Source: Octopus bimaculoides
Taxonomy: Eukaryota
DNA length: 64,000 bases
Assembly: GCF_001194135.2 (NCBI RefSeq)
Contig: NC_068991.1
Coordinates: 17,499,882-17,563,881 of the forward strand
Direction: 5' to 3'
The notes below the pieces were generated by a model. That model had not been told where the DNA came from. It saw only the letters and a list, made by a program, of their open reading frames with translations, and did not search any database. This document shows, one piece after another, positions 40,781 through 50,744 of this stretch (within the stretch, counting starts at the first letter, position 1; every line of letters starts with the position of its first letter). The translations under genes and the position numbers were made by a program.

Positions 40781-41150
40781 TATTACCTTCGCCTTAGCAA
40801 AGGCGGATGTATTGTTTTCAGTCATGTTTGTTTGTCTGTCCAGGGACAAGATATCTCAAGAATCACTGGATGGATTCAGATGAAACTTACAGGGATGTTT
40901 GGCCTCATGATTGGCACAAACTGATTAGATTTTAGGATCAATCTGGTACCTGACAAGGATTCTGGATCATTTTTCCGTTTTTTATAACATAATTTTTGAG
41001 AGCGGTCAGGTTCATTTTTAGTATTCTCGTTTGTGAGAGCAGTCGAGTTTATTTCAGATATTCTCATTTTAAAAATCATCTCTACCTAATCGTTGGGAGG
41101 ACATTGATGTTGCCTTGACGGAGGTTTGTGCTCCCTGAGTGCTCTTGGTT
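40781..41150 (+). mobile_element. Helentron/DINE-1-like non-autonomous element (HINE-like)
   Basis: Starts TATTACCTTCGCC...GGCGGATG, has GTTTGTTTGTCTGTC, and ends with sub-terminal GACGGAGG, a GTGCTCCCTGAGTGC stem-loop-like segment and T-rich flanks. Confidence 0.55.
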
Positions 41151-41305
41151 AAGTTGTTTTTACTTTAAATTTTAAATTTTCTTGTATAAACAAGTCCACT
41201 GTATCACTATTTTGAAGTTTTGTGCCCCTATTTTAAAGCAATGAACCTAGTTGTAACTAACAACAATGGACAATAACATTAACAGCAACAACAAAAATTT
41301 CATAC

Positions 41306-41835
41306 CTGGTTATCTAATTTTGGCAAAAAAGTTGCAGTTCTGCTGGTATTTTCCTTTTTCCTTGCATAGCTACGGATATCTCTCACCTGGAATAACAACT
41401 GGTCACAACTATCTGATCTTTTCCTTGTTTGTATCAAGGGTGGTGTCTCCAAATTGACAGAATGTCGAGGAGGAAAAGTGGAATTCAGAGTCGCTTCTGT
41501 CTTTAGCTCAGTCTCAAAGTTGGTGTCATCACTCTTAGGAGAGATGGACATGTCTGAACTTGATGGCTGTTGGTTTTTCGTTTTCGAATTCTGCCAGCGT
41601 CTTAGGAGAGCAGGAGGTTGGATCGATGTTGATGACGATGATGACAATGGTGATGAAGATAATGAAGAAGCTGCCATAGCAGAATCTGAACTGGCACTTC
41701 TTTGATGGGGTTGGTGGGTTGCTTTTGGAAGGTTTGATGTTTCTGCCTCAGAGATTTCAAGATTAATCAATGGCGGGGACTGGGTGACTGTCGTTTTCAT
41801 TACACTGATCGATTCATTATTATTGTTGTCTAAAT
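41306..41835 (-). CDS. LMO7: LMO7-like exon (530 nt, or 449 nt with donor at 41387; phase 1 to 0): S/P-rich DLDNNNNESISV...
   Basis: Within ORF 41300..41845. Acceptor tttttgttctcag; donors CAG|gtgaga (41387) and CAG|gtatga (41306), both phase 0. Confidence 0.8.
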
Positions 41836-41968
41836 CTGAGAACAAAAAGAAACAAAGAACTTTATTATAAGAGATATAGCATACGTCTTGTTAAATAGGC
41901 TTCTTATAAGTGATAGTATTCTTCATGCAGATAACCTTACCATAACAGAGATAGTATATTGTCAAGAT

Positions 41969-42271
41969 CAGTGGTCTTGAAACTTTTTTTGGACTGCCAC
42001 CCACTTGATACCCAGGCTACATTTCTAGTGTCCTCTCGCACTCACTGCCACAAAAATAGACTACTTTCTGCAGCACATTCAAAACAACTATATTTCACAA
42101 ATAAACCTTAACCTAATTATCCCATTATTTTGTTGTTTTTACATCCATCAGCCCACTACCTGGCCACCCCTTTATCGTTCCACTTTTCTTCAACACTTCC
42201 TGGATCTTTCCACTGCTGTCCCACCCCCCAGTGGGGAAGAGGGGCAGTATCACCCGCTTTTGGAACCACTG
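41969..42271. mobile_element. Older hAT-type MITE (303 bp)
   Basis: Termini CAGTGGT...ACCACTG; 8-bp TSD GTCAAGAT/GTCTAGAT with one mismatch. Confidence 0.75.
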
Positions 42272-42719
42272 GTCTAGATAAATAACCTTACTCTAAGTGA
42301 TAGTGTAGTGCACACAAATAACCTCACTATATGTCAAGAAAACCATTGCCGCTGCTGTAACTATTGCTACTACATGGTCAATCAACATTCTAGACATAGC
42401 AGTCAAATCTTCCTTGGGTCAAAACCAACCGTTTTAAATAAGGAAAAAATTAGATAATGTAGTCCTTAAGAGATGGGATGGATATTACTAGAATACATTT
42501 GATCAAAGGTCAGGTTGATCAAGATTGACCATTTATCTGCACTTATAAGCCAGGCCTGGACAAGGTTCTTTTAGAGACGACCTGCAGTTTACACATGTTA
42601 ATCAGTCTTTCTTCTCTCTGCACCACCAGCTTTGTCCAAGGAAAGGTTTTTCCTTGAAAACCAATACAGCTTAGCACCAACTTTTCGCTAGAGAAAAAAG
42701 AGGAGTTTCATGCTGATAT

Positions 42720-42897
42720 TGGCTCCTGTGCAGGTGGCACATAAAATACACCATTTTGAGCATGGCCATTGCCAGTACCGCCTGACTGGCCTTTGTGCCG
42801 GTGGCATGTAAAAGCACCCACTACACTCTCTGAGTGGTTGGCGTTAGGAAGGGCATCCAGCTGTAGAAACTCTGCCAAATCAGATTGGAGCCTGGTA
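42720..42897 (+). mobile_element. Family C SINE-like fragment
   Basis: Matches the internal part of 31348..31723. Confidence 0.78.
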
Positions 42898-43274
42898 GGG
42901 AAATTATATGCCACAGAGCCTAGGAAACTGGCCTTATGAGTTTATATGATTTGGAAAGGAGCTTTATCCTTTTTATGCACTCATGTACACACACACACAC
43001 ACCATTTGTGAGCACGTGCATGCACACACATAAATGAGGAATAGAGATGTAAATTGTTTTTTTTTAATAGTGAAACTCAAAAAACTATAAATAATAGCAT
43101 GTAGAGTAATAGGTTAAAAAACCTTTGGATTGCCATGCAGGTTCGCAACCCATGGACAGCTTCTGAATATTTTTCTATTCATAAGGTCATTTAACACAAC
43201 TTTTTTACATGCTATTATTTGTAGCTTTGTGTACTTTGAGTATCACTGTTAAAAAAATAATTGACTTCACAATG

Positions 43275-43343
<69 letters not shown>

Positions 43344-43396
43344 TAAAAACTAACCAATCAAATCTGAATATTACGACTGATATATTATTTACAAAC

Positions 43397-43577
43397 CTGC
43401 TTTTGTCTGCATGTTTGGAGTTGGACTTGGCACTGAGTTTGACTGCTTACCTTCTGATGAACTTTTCAATGGAGATGATCTAATATCCGCATGAAACTCC
43501 TCTTTTTTCTCTGGTGAAAGCTCAGTTCTGTGAAGTTCAGTTTTTGTCAATCGTGTTATAGGTGTTGCATAGTTAGC
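43397..43577 (-). CDS. LMO7: LMO7-like exon (181 nt, phase 0 to 1): ANYATPITRLTKTELH...PNMQTKA
   Basis: Within ORF 43389..43583. Acceptor tcttacttgcag, donor CAG|gtttgt. Confidence 0.82.
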
Positions 43578-43783
43578 CTGCAAGTAAGAACATATTTATG
43601 CATTTCTTCTGAATGAAGTTTGCTTCCCAAATAACATGGTTTCAGTTTCAATCCAACAATGTTGGCATTTTAGAGATATGTGCATATATGTGCATATTTG
43701 TATATATACACGTTTATAAGAATGTAAATGAAAATTTAAGAGAAAATGGAAGTAAAACACAAAACCATCAAAACAGTACATAC

Positions 43784-43917
43784 ACGTTTTTTCGTTTCTT
43801 TTATTACCTCTGGTTCAACAACAGGATCTGACTGGGAACTGTTTACAGTAAGGATGGGCTTTGCTACTACCACATCTTTATCACTAATGTTATTTTGCTC
43901 CTCTTCGTTGTATGTTG
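43784..43917 (-). CDS. LMO7: LMO7-like exon (134 nt, phase 1 to 0): TYNEEEQNNISDKDVVVAKPILTVNSSQSDPVVEPEVIKETKKR; alternative in-frame donor at 43808
   Basis: Long polypyrimidine tract plus tag acceptor. Donors CGT|gtatgt (43784) and GAG|gtaata (43808). Confidence 0.8.
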
Positions 43918-44215
43918 CTATTGGAAGAACAAAAGTAAAATATAAAAATCGGAGTAGTATTTGCTTAACAAAGTTTTAATAGAAGAAAATTGAAATAACA
44001 GATTTCAAAGAAACAAGTGATGTTCTGTGTTGGCAAATAAATAAAGAAGTCCGTGCAATTCAATAACACAACACACAGCCTGGTCTGAGAATCAAACTCA
44101 CTACCTCATAATTTTGAGCCCAGAGCTCTAACCACTGAGCCATGTGACTTCACAATTAATCCCATTACCTATAAACTTATACACACACAAAATATAAAAT
44201 AGAGAAATTTATTAC

Positions 44216-44377
44216 CTCCTCTGAGATATCGTCGGACGCGTAACTCAATTTGCCCATGCTGATTCGCTTTATCAATGATCTGCTGTACCTTCTGTTGTGT
44301 ATGCTGTTGAATGTCTTCTCTATTGATACTAACAATCCTATCCCTTGGTCGAAGCTCACATATATCTGCTGCACTTC
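44216..44377 (-). CDS. LMO7: LMO7-like exon (162 nt, phase 1 to 1): PDZ C-half SAADICELRPRDRIVSINREDIQQHTQQKVQQIIDKANQHGQIELRVRRYLRG
   Basis: Acceptor ctaactgtag, donor GAG|gtaata. GSAA...L...D-x-I-x-SIN pattern is the PDZ alphaA/betaD signature. Confidence 0.92.
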
Positions 44378-45089
44378 CTACAGTTAGACATGGAAATAAT
44401 TGTTAATCATTACAAATAATCAGTGCTAATATTTTGACAACTATATATACATGATGAATCTCACATTGGTTTCAATGAGTACTCCAATCAGTCAATCAAT
44501 AGGACTACATATCACTGTAAGGCTATTCCACTAACCTTGTACCCTTAACCCTTTAGCATTTAAACTGACCACATCCAGGTTTTAGATTCAAACTAGCCTT
44601 GGACAACAAGTCTTAAATTGTGAGTCATGGCCTGGAAGATGGTGATGAATAGGAGAGGACTGAAAACTGAGTACTGATGGGTCCCAACCTGAATACTAAA
44701 TTTGTTAATGAGCTCATTACTAACTCTGCCTCTGTATATGGTTCGCAAGCCATATCTATCTCTGGCTTCTTAGTTTGTATTTGTTTTGGGGTTTTCATTT
44801 AACAAATCTCTTCATATTGTTTCTTTCTTCAATTTTCAAGCATCATGGTGGGATACATCATGTGGCAAGTTAAAATCCAGTGATATTATTAATGATTTAA
44901 TTAGAGAAAGAGAACTTGAATTTGAGAAGATAAAGAGATATATCAATGCCATTTGTTCACATTTTCTGATCTAAGTTATTCTGAATGGAATTTATACCTG
45001 AATTTGAGCAGATACGACAAAGTTGATTCTGAACAGGAATAGAGTGATCAAATTGTTAACCATTGCATCAATGCTTTCATTAGTAATGT

Positions 45090-45400
45090 AGGCCCTACAA
45101 ACCCCTTGAACTTAGAAACAAAGCTCATTGAGTATTTTTTTCAACTCTTTCCTAAAGGAAGTGTTTGTCAGGATGAGTGAAAAGACCATGTCAACAGAGC
45201 AACACCATTTTTGTTACATCAATGGAGGAGATAAAAGCATCTCCTGGAATGCTTTTCTCATGAGAGTTGTGGATCTTCCAAGTTACAGAGACTACTGGGA
45301 CACAAATTCAGCACTGAGACAGAAAATTAATGTCCAATCGTCAATATGAATGAACATGCTATCTGTAATCAACTTACTTGTATTCAACCTATTTGGGCAA
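45090..45400 (+). pseudogene. piggyBac-like transposase remnant
   Basis: Frameshifted EYFFQLF / KEVFVRMSE / AFLMRVVDLPSYRDYWDTNSALRQ resembles the piggyBac N-terminal YF-x-LF and LP-x3-DYW motifs (recognised from memory). Confidence 0.55.
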
Positions 45401-45767
45401 GTGACTGTGATTGTGACATGACAACAGGTAAAAACCACATTTACTAAGTACACTAATTATCATTACATCCTATCTCCAAGTTTTATCCAAGTTCATGCAA
45501 TAGTTATATTTTTATGATTTTTAAACTGCACAATGGCATTTCATCAAAATCTCTAATTTCTAAAAGGATTTATTACAGAGAAAGTACACTGGGAAGTAAA
45601 GAATTAAAAGAATACATTGGATAATGTAGTCAGGAGTTTACAATGTCTGAAAAAAGATGGGATGGTCGTGATTGGAATACTTTTGATCATGGGTCCACTT
45701 GATAGGGGACGGACTTGGAGTTAAACAACAGTAATGACCAAGGGGGATCCAACAGTCAACAACTTAC

Positions 45768-45888
45768 CCAACTCAATCCGATGTACAACAACTGGAGTGT
45801 TTTGATCCACACCACCCCGAATTAAAAACCCAAATCCTTTCTCACTTTTTAACGATTGGCTGATCTTGATTGTCCGCTCAACAAAATC
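45768..45888 (-). CDS. LMO7: LMO7-like exon (121 nt, phase 0 to 1): PDZ N-half DFVERTIKISQSLKSEKGFGFLIRGGVDQNTPVVVHRIEL(G)
   Basis: Acceptor aatattttcag, donor TTGG|gtaagt. GFGF carboxylate-binding loop followed by I-x-GG is typical of PDZ domains. Confidence 0.92.
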
Positions 45889-48238
45889 CTGAAAATATTT
45901 TCAACAACAAAAAAAAAATACTTAGGTCTACAACGAAAAAACAGTAGATACATGACACTACAAGGAAAGCAGCAATTATGTGACAACAATAATGAAGAAA
46001 AGATGGCGTCAAAATAGACGAATGGTTAAGGTGTTGACAGCTGTCATAGAAGAGTCGTGAGTTTATATCCCTCATTGTCATAGATTATGCTGTAGGTATA
46101 ATATTTCATGACTCTCTCTTCTAAATCAAGTCATCAAACCCTTGTCAGTTTGTATAGGTAGTAATAATAAAATAGGTTAATGATGGTTACAGAGGTAGTG
46201 GTGATATTGTAATAGGCACAATGTTGGTGCTTTAGTGATGGCGAATGCAGATGTGGCCTTATAATGGTGATTGTACTGATGATAATGGAGGCTGAAGTGG
46301 GGATGTTAAAATGACAGTAGAAGTCATGGCAGTAGTAGTGTTGAAATGACAGAAGTAATAATAGTAGTGGTGGCAGTTCTCTAGAGGTGGTGTCAAAATG
46401 GTAGCAGTAGTAATATGATAAAGCTGACAATGATGTAGTGGTAGTTGTAGTTGTGGTGTTGAAATATCAACAGTAGTGGTGCTGGTGCTACATTGGTGTA
46501 GTGGAAATGAAGGCTACATGTAACACTCCAGTGGATGTATTAATACAATTATTAAAAAACTATTTCGACTACTACAGCAACATTACTAATATCATAGGAT
46601 GGGTCATAGCTAGACTGCTTTTGATCTTAGGCCTGCTCAGTCAGGGTTTGAATTGGGTTAAAGTACAAGTGACACACTATGTCACTTGTACTTATTTTAA
46701 TAGCACCAACACTGGAGGAGACATTAAGGAATAGATATACAAGGATTGACTTTAGTTCTAGGAAAAAAGGAAAACACAAAGCATGGCCTCTGGATAGAGA
46801 GAGCAGAGTATGGCAGCTATTATTAGTAGCACTATGTCACCATGTTAAAGAGGATTCAAAAATTATTCTTATGTGTGATGGTTACATAGAGAGGTTCCAC
46901 GGGCAGACCATCTCAGCAAATGATTGAGGATTTTCAGGATTTTGTTGAGTGAGGTCATGTTTTGTACGTTTACCTTACCGTAGGACCAAACTCCCTAAAT
47001 TCATAATCAACTGTAACTCAAGGGACATCTACCTTCGAAAGGCTGGCTAGGCTTCATATACTGAGATAAACATTGAATACGATGAGTAAATTGATCAAGA
47101 AGAAAATAGAAAGAAGAAAAATCTCAGGACAGAAAAAGAGGAATAACAGAAAACTCAAACAAATAAAACATATGAAGGCTAAAGCAGTTGATGGCTACGG
47201 TAGAATGGGGACTAAGCAAGTTGAAGTCTCTGTCTGAGAAGGTTAAGAGACAGCTGAAGGCTCTGCTATGATGGTTGAAGATTAAGCCCGAAGAAACGTA
47301 AAAGAGTTAAAGGCTCTGACAAAGAAGGCTAAGAGAAATGAATGCTCTGAAAGAAGAAAACAAAGATAAAAAAAACAAACAGAGGAAGAAAAGAAAAGAA
47401 GACTCAGATTGAAGAAGAGGGAGGAGGAGGAACTAGAGGAAGAAAAGGATTACTGATTTTATCGAGTTTTAGTTTTCTTCCAGATACGTGCCAGACAAAT
47501 ATTGTGGTAAGGTTTCACAGGTAGATAGAACACTTTTAGACAAAGCCTCAAAGTCTTGAAACAAAATGAAAAAGGATAATAAAAAACCCACTCCATTATC
47601 TTCAACATCCTCTTTTGTTTCCATTAGGGGTAATCTACAATGTAAGAGAAGTGATGTACTCAATACTGGACGATCTGCTCTTGTTATTGATTCTTGTCTG
47701 TTGCAACGTCGGCAGCTTTGTTAACTCTGTTTCATCCAGCTAGATCCTTATTAAACTCCTGATCCTTAGATTAATTACATACTGTCATTAAAACATTTAT
47801 GATTTCAAAAGTGATAATCAGAACAGCACATAATTACAGCCACAACATCTACAACTAAATGTCCTATTAAAACCGTAACAACAAACACCATAAAGGCAAT
47901 TGTAATAGAACAGAAATTTAGTACAACCACCACCACTACCACTACCACCACAACCAACATCATTGTCACAACCACACTGATCACCAAGACAACCATGATG
48001 ATAGCCACTACTACCACTACAGTTATCATTACCATTGTCATACCACCATAACAACAATCAACAACCTGAATAACTTACTCTAACCACCACCACCACCACC
48101 ACCACTACCTTACTACACTATAGTTGGATTACACAAGATAAAAAAATCACCTATAATGCTGTACTGATCAACACTTATACTATGCCTGAGCACCAATCAA
48201 CCAATTTGACCCTATCCCCACCTCCACACATGTATGTA

Positions 48239-48290
<52 letters not shown>

Positions 48291-49850
48291 CTGTGGTGGC
48301 ACAGCTGTTTCTAGCCCTAAGTTGAATGGTGCTCTGTCACACAATAGAAAACAATATTTGACTTGAAAACAAACAAGAAAAAAAAAAAAAACAGAAAGAT
48401 CAAGAGGGAATGTGACTGCATGAAAGTTTTGTTCAAAATTTACATGCTAACAAATAACTCTGGGGAGGAGTTTAATCAATAAAATCAACTTCCAGACATG
48501 ACTGGTATTTTATTTTATTGACCATGAGAGAATGAAAAGCAAAGTTGGCTTCAGTGGGATTTGAACTCAGAACAGAGCCAGAAACACCTGTCACCAAGCA
48601 TTTGGTACAACACACTAATGATTCTGCAATAATTAATAATAAAAGTTACTTGATGACCCTGCCAGTGCTGATGCCACATAAAATGCATCCAGTCCACACT
48701 GTGAAGTAGTTGGCATTTGGAAGGGCATCCAGCTATAAAAACCATGCCAAAACTGACCTCATTTTGCTGGTGCCACGTAAAAAGCACTCAGTCCACTCTA
48801 CAGCGAGGTTGGTGTTAGGTAAAAACCATGCCGAAACAGACACAGTAGCCTGGTGTAGTCTTCTACCTGGCCAGTTCCTGTCAGACCATCCAGCCCATTC
48901 TATATGTATATAGATATATGTATATATATATGTAAATATAGATATGTGTATATATCTATGTATATATATGTAAGCAACAAACAGATGTATTAATTTAACG
49001 TTCAGGAAGTGAGAAAGTGTTTTATGTTTCAGTCCTACGCTCTTCAACAGAAAGGAACACAGAAATAAACAAAGAGAATAAAAAATGTTTAGTGGCTAGC
49101 AATCAATCATGGCGGATAGACTTAGAAGATAACTAGCTGAATACCTGTCTGTCCTGCTTAATTTAAGGAAATACTTTCCTGTCATCATGGTAATTGGAGA
49201 GTGGTATGCTGTAGCTTTACATTTTTTTAATATTTTAAGATTTTTCTCTATCTTTGTATTGTATTTCAAATGCGTAGTTGTCTATCAAGTGACTTGATCA
49301 GAAGCTGTGTGTTGAAACTGAAGCAATTGCATCATAAAAAGGAACCAAGCTAGTCATTTAATAGACACACAAAAGCTATTAAATTCACTTTAAATTCATT
49401 TCATGCGCTACGAAAATTTTCATTGCACAACTATGACCTGGTCACTGAAACAGGTCCACTGCAAGGTGTTGCACTGGGACTATGCTAGTGACCAGCTTGG
49501 AGTTCTGTGATAAAAATTTCAACAGTTCATGAAATATATTTGAAGTGAATTTAATAGCTTTGTCTGTTTATTAAATGACTAAATTTGCTACATTTCATAA
49601 TATAGTTGTGTCATCAAATTATAATCTCCTGATATATGAGTTGACTTTAGTTTAATAAAGTCCAACATACATGTAAAATATCATTAATTTTAGGTTTCAC
49701 TTATACTTTTTTAAGTCAGTTTTTGTTTTTAACATGTTTATCACTCTGTCGTTTTAAATTTCTTTTAGATACACCCATATACATATATATATTGCTCCAG
49801 CATGACCACAGCCTTATGGGTGAAATATGTAAAAGAACAAAGAATATATA

Positions 49851-50744
49851 TGAGTTCTGATCAATAAGTATCCGGACTATCACCATAGGAATGAAGCTAA
49901 AGCACACAGAGTAAAGCCACTTGGCACAGATTAACCTTCAGCTCTGCTGTGCATGCACACTAAGTTTTAACATTCTAGCTCATCTCCGCTGTTTACAGCA
50001 GTGCTTAGAAGGAAGGTGTGTAGTGTGTGAGCATCACATTGACCATGACAGAGAAAGTTGTCATGGCGATACCTACTCAGTGGCCTACGCAAAGTTGCAG
50101 AAAGTGTATGGAGAGGAGTGTACGAGCTGCACACAAGTGTGCGAATGGTTCAAACGTTTCCATGATGGCCGAAAAAATGACAATATTGACACACATTCTG
50201 GGAGACCTGCAACCATCAGAACTGAGAAAAACATTGCAGATGTGCATGCAGCTGTGAGTGGGAAATCGTTGAATCACCATCCATAAGTGATCAGAGGATG
50301 TGCAGATTAGTTATGTTTCAGTTCAATTCATTATCACTGAAGACTTGGGTACGAGATACATGTCTGCCAAGTTTGTGCCAAAACTGCTTTCAGCAGACAT
50401 CAAAAGTACACTTGGGTTTCACTTGCACAAGATCTTCTTGATGGTGTTGAGAATGATGAAAACTTTTTGAAAACTTTCTGTAGGCCTCTGAGTAGGTATT
50501 TCCAAGCTTTGGGCAAAATTTGATGCAGATTCTCTGCTCAACTTTTTCTGTCATAGTCAATGCGATGATCACACACTACATACCTTCCTTCCAAGCATTG
50601 TTGTAAACAACAGAAGTGAGCTAGAACATTAAAACTTAGTGTACATGCACAACAAAGTTCAAGGTCAATCAGTGCCAAGCAGCTTCACTCTCCATGTTTT
50701 AGCTTCATTCTTGTGATAATAGTCCGGATACTTATTGATCATCG
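49851..50744. mobile_element. Non-autonomous mariner derivative made of two inverted 5' ends
   Basis: TIR core TGATCAATAAGTATCCGGACTAT at both ends. Plus arm encodes the HTH region (...KLQKVYGEEC...EWFKRFHDGR...HSGRP...EDLGTRYMSAKFVPKLLS) with frameshifts; minus arm encodes MTEKVEQRICIKFCPKLGNTYSEAYRKF. Confidence 0.85.

Noticed and set aside
47660-47740. Coding-looking minus frame LDETELTKLPTLQQTRINNKSRSSS
   Set aside because: No polypyrimidine tract and only a weak donor; not needed for phase continuity.
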